Shown: positions 28,466-38,414 of the stretch, one piece after another
How positions within the stretch are numbered: the stretch's first letter is position 1
Layout: every line of letters starts with the position of its first letter
Assembly (NCBI GenBank): GCA_029936395.1
Contig: JAPYSW010000002.1
Span: 3,950 to 67,949 of the forward strand
DNA from: Candidatus Poseidoniia archaeon
GTDB lineage: Archaea; Thermoplasmatota; Poseidoniia; MGIII; CG-Epi1
Reading direction: 5' to 3'
DNA: 64,000 nt
Program-made: the position numbers and the translations under genes
The notes under the pieces: generated by a model
The model's database searches: none
Told to the model about the DNA's origin: nothing
Seen by the model: only the letters and a program-made list of their open reading frames with translations

Positions 28466-29012
28466 TATAAATTTTTATTATTTAGAAGATGCTACTCTTT
28501 CTAATTTAAATAGAATTTTTAATTCTGCAGATATTCCCTTTATTCGATTGTCTAAATTTCTTGATGAGGCTCCAAATAAGATTGAGCCTGAATTAATTTC
28601 CGAAGAAAAAATAGGCTATTATAATCGTAAAATCGGAAATGCCTTATTAGAAGATTTTTGGAAATCTTCTGATTTCAATGATTTTTTGTGTAAAGCAACA
28701 GGCCTTAAACCAAAGTTTCGTAATTCGAATCATGTGTCCTATTCTCCTGGAGATTATTCATTATTACATATGGATGAGTCGGAAGCTAGTAGATTGTTAG
28801 TAGTATATGATCTTACGAAAGAATGGAGGCACGAATGGGGTGGCTACGATATTTATACGTCACCAGATAAAGATCCTTTAGTTTGCAATAGAGACTTCGG
28901 TTCCCTTATGATTGTTAAACTTGATTCTAATGATTTATCTTGTACTAGATATGTTAGTATAAAATCTCATTTTAGTGCACATATTGACCGCATAATATAT
29001 GATTTAGACTAG
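28458..29012 (+). CDS. 2OG-Fe(II) oxygenase-like paralog
   Basis: 'LLHMDESE' (HxD/E) ... 'SHFSAHIDR'. Overlaps the upstream paralog by 8 nt. Confidence 0.4.
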   Translation: MVDINFYYLEDATLSNLNRIFNSADIPFIRLSKFLDEAPNKIEPELISEEKIGYYNRKIGNALLEDFWKSSDFNDFLCKATGLKPKFRNSNHVSYSPGDYSLLHMDESEASRLLVVYDLTKEWRHEWGGYDIYTSPDKDPLVCNRDFGSLMIVKLDSNDLSCTRYVSIKSHFSAHIDRIIYDLD

Positions 29013-29087
29013 TTACTCATTTATGGGTAGATACGCAATTGTTTAATGGTGCCGTTAAAATAAAACAAAATAAGGAATAAAAAAATA

Positions 29088-29795
29088 ATGGTAGATGGCA
29101 TGATAAACGTAAAAAATCTAGTGAAGATTTTGAGAGAAGGAAAACCGATTTTAGTTTTTGATGAGGACAATAGAGAAGGCGAAACAGATATATTTTTTTC
29201 AGCTAAATATGTTACACCTTCAAGTATTAGTTTTCTTAGAAAAAATGGAGGGGGTATGATATTTTTAGCAGCAGAGAATAGAGCTTCTACTGAATTAGGA
29301 TTGCCATTTGCCCAAGAGATATACGAAGAAGCAAGTAAGAATAAAAATAAATTTGAGATATTGAAAACTATGCTTAGCCATACTCTTCCATATGATAAAC
29401 GTTCATCCTTTTCGGTTTTTTTAAATCATAAAGATACATTTACTGGAATTAGTGATAATGATAGAGCATTAACGGCCAAAAAGTTTGCACAAATATTTGA
29501 AGATACTATAACTTCCAAAATATCAGATGGTCAAAATATCCTTGCTCATAATTTCCGTATTCCTGGACATGTTCCAGTTTGTATAGCTGATTCAAATCTT
29601 CTTAAATCTCGCCAAGGTCATACAGAATTAATTGTCGCTTTATTTAATTTAATACAAATGAATCCAATAGCATTAGGATGTGAAATGGTTGCTGATGATG
29701 GATTTTCTTTATCACCAAAGGATGCTAAAAAATGGGCTCAAAAAGAGGGGTATCTGTTTTTAGAGGGTCAACAAATAGTGGATGCGTGTCAATGA
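29088..29795 (+). CDS. ribB: 3,4-dihydroxy-2-butanone-4-phosphate synthase
   Basis: 'FDEDNREGETDIFFSA' and 'GGGMIFLA' are characteristic. Confidence 0.85.
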   Translation: MVDGMINVKNLVKILREGKPILVFDEDNREGETDIFFSAKYVTPSSISFLRKNGGGMIFLAAENRASTELGLPFAQEIYEEASKNKNKFEILKTMLSHTLPYDKRSSFSVFLNHKDTFTGISDNDRALTAKKFAQIFEDTITSKISDGQNILAHNFRIPGHVPVCIADSNLLKSRQGHTELIVALFNLIQMNPIALGCEMVADDGFSLSPKDAKKWAQKEGYLFLEGQQIVDACQ

Positions 29796-30232
29796 AAGTA
29801 GTAGCAACGGGTGTTTTTGATATAATTCATTCAGGGCATGCCCATTTTTTAAATGCAGCCAAAGAGCATGGAGATGAATTAATAGTAATAATTGCAAATG
29901 ATGACACAGTTCGTAAGATGAAGGGTGAACCCATATTATCAGATGATATGCGTGCTGAAGTGGTTTCTCATATTAAGCCAGTTGATGGTGTCGTAATTGG
30001 ACGAACTGGAGATATGTTGGACATAATTGTGGATGAAATCAAACCAGATGTTATTGCACTTGGTTATGATCAGCGATTATTCACTCGATCTGAATTAGAA
30101 GAAAAGTTACTTGAACGTGGTATCAAAGTTAAAGTAGTTAGATTGCCTGAAATGGAACAAGATTTAGCAGGTTCTCGTAAAATAATATCAAAGATACTAA
30201 AAATTTATAGGAATAAATATGTTTCTGAATGA
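29792..30232 (+). CDS. ribL: FAD synthase (archaeal RibL, cytidylyltransferase-like)
   Basis: 'MKVVATGVFDIIHSGHAHFL'. Start taken at the ATG overlapping the ribB stop (ATGA). Confidence 0.75.
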   Translation: MKVVATGVFDIIHSGHAHFLNAAKEHGDELIVIIANDDTVRKMKGEPILSDDMRAEVVSHIKPVDGVVIGRTGDMLDIIVDEIKPDVIALGYDQRLFTRSELEEKLLERGIKVKVVRLPEMEQDLAGSRKIISKILKIYRNKYVSE

Positions 30233-30238
30233 GGTAAT

Positions 30239-30862
30239 ATGGTTTTTACAGGAATAATAGAAGGTACAGGAATTATTTCTAAGATAGCCAAAAAAGAGAA
30301 TTTATCTACAATAACAGTTCAGACTCCTTTCAATTTTAATGAAGGAATTCAGGTAGGTGCTAGTGTTTGTGTTGATGGTGTTTGTTTGACGGTAACTCAG
30401 ATAAATCAAGATAGTTTAGAATTTGATTTGATAATTGAAACTTTGAAAGTTACTACTTTTGGTGGAATTGAAGAAAAATATATAGTAAATCTCGAAAGAT
30501 CAATGAAATTAGGAGATGAATTTGGAGGTCATATAATTTCAGGCCATGTTTTTGATACTGCCACTATAACTAAGATAAGCGAACCAGAGAATAACTATAT
30601 TTTAACATTAAATATTGATTCTAATTTACAAAAATATATTTTTCCTAAAGGTTATATTTCACTTAATGGAATAAGTCTTACAATAGGTGAAGTAAATAAA
30701 AATATAAATACGTTTACAGTTTATTTAATTCCTGAAACTTTAAGATTGACAAACTTAATACACAAATTAGTAGGAGATTCAATTAATATTGAAATTGAAA
30801 CACAGACTAGAAATACAGTAGATACAATTCTTGAAATGAATAAGGAGTCCATACATGGTTAA
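30239..30862 (+). CDS. ribE: Riboflavin synthase, bacterial/eukaryotic lumazine-binding type
   Basis: 'MVFTGIIEGTGIISKI' and the internal repeat 'GHIISGHV'. Confidence 0.8.
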   Translation: MVFTGIIEGTGIISKIAKKENLSTITVQTPFNFNEGIQVGASVCVDGVCLTVTQINQDSLEFDLIIETLKVTTFGGIEEKYIVNLERSMKLGDEFGGHIISGHVFDTATITKISEPENNYILTLNIDSNLQKYIFPKGYISLNGISLTIGEVNKNINTFTVYLIPETLRLTNLIHKLVGDSINIEIETQTRNTVDTILEMNKESIHG

Positions 30863-31259
30863 GTCTATAGTAATTGTTGCTGGCAGTTATCATAAAAAAG
30901 ATATTGAAAAAATGGTTGATGAAGCTCGTATTATCGCTTCAGATAATGGTTTAATTGTTGAAGAGGTTAAATGGGTTCCAGGTTCCATGGAGATGCCATT
31001 ACAGATCAAACGTTTGTTTCTTCGAGAATCAATAGATGGAGCCATTGTTTTAGGCATAATAGAAAGCGGGGAAACTGAGCACGGGCTTGTTATGGGTCAA
31101 GCCGTAATTAAGTCCTTGATGGATTTACAACTTGCTTCAATGAAGCCAATCGGTTTTGGAATAATAGGACCTGGTGCCAAGCCTAAGCATATTGAAGAGA
31201 GATTGTTACCATACGCCAGAAATTCAATTTTGGCAGTAAATGAAATGTTATCTAATTAA
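30855..31259 (+). CDS. ribH: 6,7-dimethyl-8-ribityllumazine synthase
   Basis: 134 aa, 'IVIVAGSYHKKDIEKMV', AAGGAG Shine-Dalgarno sequence. Confidence 0.78.
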   Translation: MVKSIVIVAGSYHKKDIEKMVDEARIIASDNGLIVEEVKWVPGSMEMPLQIKRLFLRESIDGAIVLGIIESGETEHGLVMGQAVIKSLMDLQLASMKPIGFGIIGPGAKPKHIEERLLPYARNSILAVNEMLSN

Positions 31260-33876
31260 ATTTAGTTTTAATTCTCCAATTTCGTTTAGCATATTTATTT
31301 TGGATATAATGTAAAGCATGATAGAAACTAGGTAATGCAAAAACAGCCATTAATAAAGAAAATAGAACTAATGTAATAATCAATGCAAAGAAGTTTCTTA
31401 AGCCAATAAATTGCGTTCTATAAAATGAAATTATAACTCCTGAGAAAACCCCCCCCATCGTAGTAAACGTAGCTTCTACAACTGACTGACCTGTATGTTC
31501 AACCGCTTTTTCGATACCTTCCGGAGTATCACCTTCTTCCCTAATTCTTTCGGTTATTTGAATAGAGTTATCAATCCCTATTCCTATGATAATGGTGCCT
31601 ACCATTGCTGTGAAAATATTTAGATTCGTGCCTCCTGCGTCTACAGTTGCAGGATACCATAATATTACAAGTAAAATAGGTAAAAAGGTTATAAAACCAT
31701 ATTTTGGAGACCAGAAAATTATTATCATACATATCAGAACTAAAACTAAACTTAACTTGATAGTATCAAATTGAGTTTCTTGAATACCTTTATTGATTGC
31801 AATTGTTACAGGAGGACCTCCAGTAAGTGTAGACATTTGAGCATCATAGAATGACATTTGTCTATTTCTTATTTTAGAAATGCTATCAATTTCTTCCACT
31901 AAAATAGTTGTATCATCTATGTTGATATATGGCATACTAACATAGATTAGAGCCTTATCATATTCATCAGTTAGAAGCATAGCTCTCATTTCATCAGTAA
32001 ATGATTCATAGAATACATCAATCATATCAGATCTCAAGTTCTCTCTACTATACAGTGGATTGAACGTATCTACAAGGACATAATCATCCCCAAAAAAATC
32101 GCTGTGAAGGAAATCCCAGAAGCTACCATCAAATTCAAACAGAGCATCTCCATCCAAATCTTCGATTATTATTGTAAAATGAGCTGATTTGAAAAAATCA
32201 ACAATCGAAAAAGCAGATACATTTATGATTTTGTTAGTGTTTCTATTTTCAACAGATAAGTTATTGATTTCACCCTGTGTCCAGTTCATTACATCAAGAA
32301 CATCTAAATCTTTAGCTGCTGGCTTCTCTCTTTCAGTTAGATTATTAATAAGCAAAATTCCAGTTTGACCGGCTTCGAATTCTTCAGAATATTCTTTTAA
32401 TTTCTGAATAGAATCAACATCATCCGGAGCAGATTCATTACCTTTCATATCTTGATCCATGACTGATATTCTTGCAATAGAGTATGTAGTCGCCAGTAGG
32501 ACTATAACCAAAATTGCTTTCCATTGTTTTGTTGAAAAAACAGCAATTTTTTTCCAACCTCCACTTTTATGTCTTGAATAATTTGTCAGTTTCATTATTG
32601 CAGGCGTCATACTCACTGTCAAGAAGAATGAGCAAATTACGCCTATAATCATAGTAAAACCGACAGTTCTCATCGGTACAATTGGTGAAATAAAAAGTGC
32701 TGAAAATCCAATTGAATCCGTTAAAGCACAGAGAAGAGTTGCTTTTCCTGTGCTTAATAATGCCAAATATGTCGCCTTTGGCATTTCCTTTCCTTCCTCT
32801 TTAAATTCTACAATCCGATTTGCAATATGTAATCCATAATCAACTCCAATACCAACTAAGATAGGGCCTGCAGCTACAATCATAGGAGTTAGAACAACTC
32901 CTGAAAGATTTACAATTCCTAGAGTCCAAATTAAAGCACAAAAAATAGGAACTAGTACAACCGGTATAGCTAACCAATTTCTGTGAAAAACAATCATTAA
33001 TGATAGTACTATTCCTAAGGACATAGGCAGCATAGTGAGTAAATCTTCATACAATCGTTCTGTAACTTCATGTAATACAACGACTAGTCCAGTTTGCGTC
33101 ATTTCGGTTTTTGGATTAACACGTAAATCAATAAATTCTTGTATTTGGTCAATCTTTGCCTTTTGAATATCATCATTATTTTCATCTGAAGCTTTCAAAG
33201 CAAAAAGTATTACTGCCGTATCAATAATTTCATCATTATTTGTATCTATAGCAAAATTTTGCAATGATGATGACGTACTAGAAAATATTTGGTCTACTCT
33301 TTCTTGATCATTTGGAATTGCGTAAGTCCCAGTTTGATTAACCGTATCATCATCATTTTCTTCTATACTGAGTCCGCCGAATATTTTCCCTTCACTGGCC
33401 TCTATAAATCTTGCATTAGTAGAGTTGAATTCTTTAATTAATGTAGAAATACTGAGTGTGAAAATTATATCATCATTTTCTCCTCTATCTGCTTGATATT
33501 TTTCTAAATCAGTAGTTTGACCGTAAGGGTCAATGGTTTGTTCTAAAAGTGATATCTCTTTTAATGTGGGGACATATGTTATATTATCAAGAACCTTATC
33601 TTTATAGAATCCGGGTTCTTTAGCATTTGGCGTCTGTACATAAATTATAATTAAATCTGTAGCCCAATCTTCTCTAACTTCGATTAATATTTTGGTCGAC
33701 TCTTCCCCTTCAGGAAGATAAACCTCAATATCTCTAGTCATATTTTGTTCAAACGTCATTGCCGATTGCAATAGTAATATTGTAATCAAACTTAGAACAC
33801 TAATTGTGAGTACAGCATGCTTCATAATTATGTCCGTATATCCTCGAACAATGTACTCTAAAGGCCTTTGTAACAC
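31252..33876 (-). CDS. RND-superfamily (MMPL/SecDF-like) exporter
   Basis: Two 6-TM bundles separated by large extracytoplasmic domains. 874 aa. Confidence 0.65.
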   Translation of the reverse strand: MLQRPLEYIVRGYTDIIMKHAVLTISVLSLITILLLQSAMTFEQNMTRDIEVYLPEGEESTKILIEVREDWATDLIIIYVQTPNAKEPGFYKDKVLDNITYVPTLKEISLLEQTIDPYGQTTDLEKYQADRGENDDIIFTLSISTLIKEFNSTNARFIEASEGKIFGGLSIEENDDDTVNQTGTYAIPNDQERVDQIFSSTSSSLQNFAIDTNNDEIIDTAVILFALKASDENNDDIQKAKIDQIQEFIDLRVNPKTEMTQTGLVVVLHEVTERLYEDLLTMLPMSLGIVLSLMIVFHRNWLAIPVVLVPIFCALIWTLGIVNLSGVVLTPMIVAAGPILVGIGVDYGLHIANRIVEFKEEGKEMPKATYLALLSTGKATLLCALTDSIGFSALFISPIVPMRTVGFTMIIGVICSFFLTVSMTPAIMKLTNYSRHKSGGWKKIAVFSTKQWKAILVIVLLATTYSIARISVMDQDMKGNESAPDDVDSIQKLKEYSEEFEAGQTGILLINNLTEREKPAAKDLDVLDVMNWTQGEINNLSVENRNTNKIINVSAFSIVDFFKSAHFTIIIEDLDGDALFEFDGSFWDFLHSDFFGDDYVLVDTFNPLYSRENLRSDMIDVFYESFTDEMRAMLLTDEYDKALIYVSMPYINIDDTTILVEEIDSISKIRNRQMSFYDAQMSTLTGGPPVTIAINKGIQETQFDTIKLSLVLVLICMIIIFWSPKYGFITFLPILLVILWYPATVDAGGTNLNIFTAMVGTIIIGIGIDNSIQITERIREEGDTPEGIEKAVEHTGQSVVEATFTTMGGVFSGVIISFYRTQFIGLRNFFALIITLVLFSLLMAVFALPSFYHALHYIQNKYAKRNWRIKTKFN

Positions 33877-33911
33877 GAATGCCTATCGAGACCCAGAGAT
33901 AAATTTAATCA

Positions 33912-35672
33912 TCAATTTGAATAATAAAATTCTTTTTTACTTTTTTGTTCTCTATCAAGTCTTGAACCTGGCTTATTGATTCTTGGTCTGTATGTATTTT
34001 TATCTCTTCTAAAAGTGATACCTACCCTACCCAAAAAGACGTTCATTCCTTGACGCATAGTGTATGGTCCTTCGGCTTTGCCTTCTTTACTAGGTATCCC
34101 CTCAAAACACAATAATCCATCTGCAATATAATCAATAAAATAAACATCATGATCAACAACTAGGGCTGATTTTCCTCTTTTTTCCATTGAGCGTCTAATG
34201 GTTTTTGCAGTAATCATTCTTTGATTAGCGTCAAGATAGGCTGAAGGTTCATCTAGAAGATAAAGATCAGCTTCTTTGAGCAAACATTCAGCAACAGCTA
34301 CACGTTGCAGTTCCCCACCAGATAGGGTCTGTAACTCTCGTTCCATCAAAGGTTCTAAATTTAAAGGACCGTTAAATTCTGTAGCGAGCATATGCTCGTC
34401 AAAACCTTTTACAGATTGTAATAAGTCTCCCACAATAATACCTTCTGGAGCGTTAATGTATTGAGGCTTATAGGATACTGTAATCTCACTTTCAATTTCG
34501 CCAGTATCAGGTTTTAATTCATTAGCTAGCATTTTTACAAATGTTGTTTTTCCAGTAGCATTTCCACCAACGACGCCCAATACTTGCCCACCTAATATCT
34601 CTCCTGCTGAAGCTTCTAATTTAAAATCACCTAATTGTTTTGAAAGATCGGGCCATTTCACTAATACTTGACCATCCCACCCCGTTCTTGGTGGATGTTT
34701 TAGAAATTTGATTGTAGTATCTCTAATTCTTACATTTGATTCTTGAACATATCCATCCAAATAAGAGTTAATTGCATTTCTTACGGCTAGTTTTTGTGAA
34801 ACAATTCCATATGCATTTGGACTTCCGTACATGATATGTATATTGTCAGTTACATAATCCAAAATAGCTAAGTCATGTTCAATTACTATAACACTTTTTG
34901 TTTTTCCTAATTCAGAGATCATTCTAGCAATAAAAATCCGTTGTTCAATATCAAGATACGATGAAGGCTCATCAAAGAAATAAAGATCCGCATCTTTGAG
35001 AATCGTAGCTGCAATTGCACCTTTTTGTAATTCTCCACCCGAAACTTTACTTAAGTTTTTATCCAAACTAGTTAAATTAATTTTAGTGGCGAATTCATCA
35101 ACTTTCTTTGGTGATGCTACTTTTTCTAAAAGTTCTCTTAGAGTGCCATCAAACATTTGAGGTATTTTATCAACATACTGTGGTTTCAAGGCAATACTAA
35201 TATCTCCATCAGACAATTTATTAAAATGTTTCTGAATTTCAGTTCCTGAATAAAAATCTTTTACATCATCCCATGAACCTTCAGCTTCCCAATCTCCAAG
35301 ATTAGGAATTATTTCTCCAGCTAAAAGTGAAATCGCAGTAGTTTTCCCAGTTCCATTTGCACCTAGTATTCCGATAACCTTTCCTTTTTCAGGACTTGGG
35401 AGCCCAAACAATCTAAATTCATTCATACCATATCTATGAACTGTATCTTTTTCTTGTTCATCAGGTAGATTGACAATAGTCAAAGCATCGTGTGGGCATT
35501 TGTGTACACATATACCGCAACCAATACACAAAGGTTCCGAAACAATGGGTTTGTTATCTTTTCTCCAAGTGATAACTTCAATCCCATTTCTAACTGGTGG
35601 ACAGAAATTATAGCATTCATTCTGACACTTTTTTGGTTGGCATCTGTCTTCATGGAGGACAGCAACACGCAT
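33912..35672 (-). CDS. ABCE1 / RNase L inhibitor ribosome-recycling ATPase
   Basis: N-terminal 2x[4Fe-4S] domain (CIGCGICVHKCP) plus twin ABC domains (GANGTGKTT and GGNATGKTT, with LSGGELQ signatures). Confidence 0.95.
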   Translation of the reverse strand: MRVAVLHEDRCQPKKCQNECYNFCPPVRNGIEVITWRKDNKPIVSEPLCIGCGICVHKCPHDALTIVNLPDEQEKDTVHRYGMNEFRLFGLPSPEKGKVIGILGANGTGKTTAISLLAGEIIPNLGDWEAEGSWDDVKDFYSGTEIQKHFNKLSDGDISIALKPQYVDKIPQMFDGTLRELLEKVASPKKVDEFATKINLTSLDKNLSKVSGGELQKGAIAATILKDADLYFFDEPSSYLDIEQRIFIARMISELGKTKSVIVIEHDLAILDYVTDNIHIMYGSPNAYGIVSQKLAVRNAINSYLDGYVQESNVRIRDTTIKFLKHPPRTGWDGQVLVKWPDLSKQLGDFKLEASAGEILGGQVLGVVGGNATGKTTFVKMLANELKPDTGEIESEITVSYKPQYINAPEGIIVGDLLQSVKGFDEHMLATEFNGPLNLEPLMERELQTLSGGELQRVAVAECLLKEADLYLLDEPSAYLDANQRMITAKTIRRSMEKRGKSALVVDHDVYFIDYIADGLLCFEGIPSKEGKAEGPYTMRQGMNVFLGRVGITFRRDKNTYRPRINKPGSRLDREQKSKKEFYYSN

Positions 35673-35749
35673 AATATCCTGCTTGTAAGCACCTAATTAA
35701 AATAATATGTTGGACAAACACGTTTTTTGTCCCCCCCGTATAGGTTATT

Positions 35750-36187
35750 GTGCGTATTAAATTTACTTTACCTGGAAAGCCCGTTGCTCAAGGCCGTCCT
35801 AGATTTTACCGGAAGGGTAATTTTGTTGTTGCTACAGATCCAAAACCTAGTAAAGTTTACAAAGCAGATATCGCCTATATTGGTCAGAAAGCACGAACTG
35901 AAGCAGGTCTTGAGGGCTTATTCGAGGGACCTTTAGGAATGCAAATATTTGCATATTTCCCTTGCCCCAAGAGTAAATGGCGGGTTAAAGAACCAAGAAA
36001 AGAAGAGCACCATTCGAAAAGACCAGATGCAGATAATGTTGCTAAGTCTATCAAAGATGGCCTTAGTGGAGTTTTGTATCATGATGATGGGCAAATTGCT
36101 GAGTTAATAGTTCGAAAAAGAATTGCAGCGCAAGGCGATGGCCCTCGTATCGAAGTAGAACTGTATCAATTGGAGGAGTTAGATTGA
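35750..36187 (+). CDS. RusA-like Holliday junction resolvase
   Basis: 'LPGKPVAQGRPRF' and the acidic 'DADNVAKSIKDGL...YHDDGQI' catalytic motifs. GTG start. 145 aa. Confidence 0.6.
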   Translation: MRIKFTLPGKPVAQGRPRFYRKGNFVVATDPKPSKVYKADIAYIGQKARTEAGLEGLFEGPLGMQIFAYFPCPKSKWRVKEPRKEEHHSKRPDADNVAKSIKDGLSGVLYHDDGQIAELIVRKRIAAQGDGPRIEVELYQLEELD

Positions 36188-37008
36188 CAGCTAAGTTAAT
36201 TGATGGTAAAAAAATTGCAAAAGAAATAGAGACTGAATTACAAGCTAAGGTATCTCAAATGCAAACACCGCCTAAATTATCGGTTGTTCAAGTTGGAGAC
36301 GATCCAGCTTCAACTTCTTACATTCGTGCTAAATCAAATGCAGCTGAACGTATTGGAATTGATTTAACTCATCACCATCTTTCATCAGACATATCTAAGA
36401 AGGAATTAGAGAATTTAATCATTAAATTAAATAAAACTCAAAATGGCATAATTGTTCAGCTTCCCTTACCTGATGGTTTTGAAAGTGTATTAGATTTAAT
36501 TAAACCTGAGAAGGATGTAGATGGTTTTCATCCTATTAATTTGGGTAAAATTGTTCAAGAAACTTCAGGTATGAAACCCTGTACTCCTGCCGGAATTATT
36601 GAATTATTATCTCGTACAGGAAATAATCCTAGTGGGAAAAATGTAGTGGTTGTTGGACGTAGTACTATTGTTGGAAAACCAATATCTCTGTTATTGCTTC
36701 AGAAGGGTATTGATGCAACTGTTACAGTTTGCCATAGCCGAACGCCAGATATTCAGAAATTCTGTAAGGAGGCTGATATTCTAATTGTAGCGGTAGGTTA
36801 TCCAGATACAGTTACGAAAGACATGGTTAAGCCCGGAGCAGTAGTAATCGATGTGGGAGTTAATCGCACCGATGAGGGATTAGTAGGAGACACCTCTTTT
36901 GATGTTAGAGAAGTTGCTGGCGCATTGACGCCCGTTCCTGGCGGTGTAGGACCTATGACGGTAGTTATGTTAATGTCCAATGTGGTTGAAGCCGCTTCAA
37001 AAAAGTAA
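36184..37008 (+). CDS. folD: Methylenetetrahydrofolate dehydrogenase/cyclohydrolase
   Basis: 'MTAKLIDGKKIAKEI'. TTG start with a GGAGG Shine-Dalgarno sequence. Overlaps the RusA stop. Confidence 0.9.
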   Translation: MTAKLIDGKKIAKEIETELQAKVSQMQTPPKLSVVQVGDDPASTSYIRAKSNAAERIGIDLTHHHLSSDISKKELENLIIKLNKTQNGIIVQLPLPDGFESVLDLIKPEKDVDGFHPINLGKIVQETSGMKPCTPAGIIELLSRTGNNPSGKNVVVVGRSTIVGKPISLLLLQKGIDATVTVCHSRTPDIQKFCKEADILIVAVGYPDTVTKDMVKPGAVVIDVGVNRTDEGLVGDTSFDVREVAGALTPVPGGVGPMTVVMLMSNVVEAASKK

Positions 37009-37094
37009 AGGTTATTTTGACAATAGAACTTTAAGACCTATTCTATTTGCAGTTGAATGAAATTGTGCAATATCACAGAAGTCGAGTAAAATCA

Positions 37095-38186
37095 ATGAAA
37101 AATAAGCGTAAAATAATAGGTGGCGGTCTTTCAGGATTAGCTGCAGCCATTAATTTTGCAAAAAATGATGAAGAAGTAGAGATACATGAAGCTCGAGATG
37201 AGATAGGGATGCAATTTCATCCAAATTATCAGGTTTTATTGAAAGAAAGTCCAAAAACACCTTCTTCAGAAGCAGATGCAACTTCATATTTGAAAAAATG
37301 GGGGCTAAATCCCAAATTTACGTTTAAGGATGCTAAGAAGTTTGTTTGTTGTACTCAAAAAAGAGATTTTACGATATCTCTCAAGGAACCTTTACCACTA
37401 ATACTTAGAGGTGGTGAAAATTCATTGGAAAGAGGTTTGGCAGATGAAGCTAAAGATTTAGGAGTTGAATTTAATTTCAAATCTCGCCCTAAACCAAGTT
37501 CAGGAGATATAATGTCTTCAGGTTCATATAGAACTGATATGGCTGCATTTGGAGCCTATTATGAGAATTCAGATTTTCCTAGAGATCAATTTTTGTATAT
37601 GCATGATGAAAAATATTCCCCTCGTGGGTGGTATCTTTACATAATTCCGATGGATAACGATACGATAAAAGTTATGAATTGTTGTTCGAAACCTTACGCT
37701 AAACAAGTAAAAAAATTGATGTATAAAGCAGTGGAGGAAAGACCTGTTTTAAAGAACATTATAGATGGAGCTAAACCAACTGGAACAGTAGGAGGTCAGG
37801 GTGGCGTTCATTTCCCTAAAACTGCGATAAAAAACGGAGTATACTATACCGGTGAAGCTGCAGGATTTCAAGATCCTTGGAGAGGTTTTGGAATGAATTA
37901 CGCAGTAGAATCAGGAGTATTGGCTCAAAGAGCACTTTCTAATTCTTTAGATTATGATAAATTGTGGAAAGAACAATTTAGAGAAAGGAAAAAAGCAGAC
38001 ATAGCCCGTAGAGGGATATTTGCCTTGTTAGGTAACAAGGCTTTTGAGTATGGAATGAGGAAAGTTAAGGAAGGTGATGAGGTAGATTGGGAAGAAATCA
38101 ATCCAAGTGGTTGGAAGAAATCACTTATCTACAATACATTTTATTCAATGGAAATGGCAAAAAAAACGGTTTGGGATTCCTGGTAA
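37095..38186 (+). CDS. FAD-dependent oxidoreductase (geranylgeranyl-reductase-like fold)
   Basis: 'KIIGGGLSGLAAAINFAK...VEIHEARDE' Rossmann motif. Start moved to the internal ATG. Confidence 0.5.
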   Translation: MKNKRKIIGGGLSGLAAAINFAKNDEEVEIHEARDEIGMQFHPNYQVLLKESPKTPSSEADATSYLKKWGLNPKFTFKDAKKFVCCTQKRDFTISLKEPLPLILRGGENSLERGLADEAKDLGVEFNFKSRPKPSSGDIMSSGSYRTDMAAFGAYYENSDFPRDQFLYMHDEKYSPRGWYLYIIPMDNDTIKVMNCCSKPYAKQVKKLMYKAVEERPVLKNIIDGAKPTGTVGGQGGVHFPKTAIKNGVYYTGEAAGFQDPWRGFGMNYAVESGVLAQRALSNSLDYDKLWKEQFRERKKADIARRGIFALLGNKAFEYGMRKVKEGDEVDWEEINPSGWKKSLIYNTFYSMEMAKKTVWDSW

Positions 38187-38389
38187 TGGATTTTAGTGAA
38201 GTATTATCTTATTTTTTAGCATTGATTTGTGTAGTAGCAGGTGGGTTAATTCTATGGGGTAATGAAGCTTATATTGTTCCAGCTTCAGGTCGTTCATTAC
38301 GTCTTCCATGTTCCTTTCTTTTTTGGGTTTTAGCCGTCGTTTTTTGGGCTATGGCAGTAGTAATTGAAGATGATGAAGAAAACCTATAA
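38186..38389 (+). CDS. Small 2-TM membrane protein
   Basis: TAATG overlap with the upstream gene. Hydrophobic helices. Confidence 0.3.
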   Translation: MDFSEVLSYFLALICVVAGGLILWGNEAYIVPASGRSLRLPCSFLFWVLAVVFWAMAVVIEDDEENL

Positions 38390-38414
38390 TTAATCAGTTC
38401 AAGGTGAGAAAATA

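Noticed and set aside
35727-35936. Alternative-frame 69-aa ORF overlapping the RusA start
   Set aside because: The RusA frame carries recognisable catalytic motifs, while the alternative frame has none.
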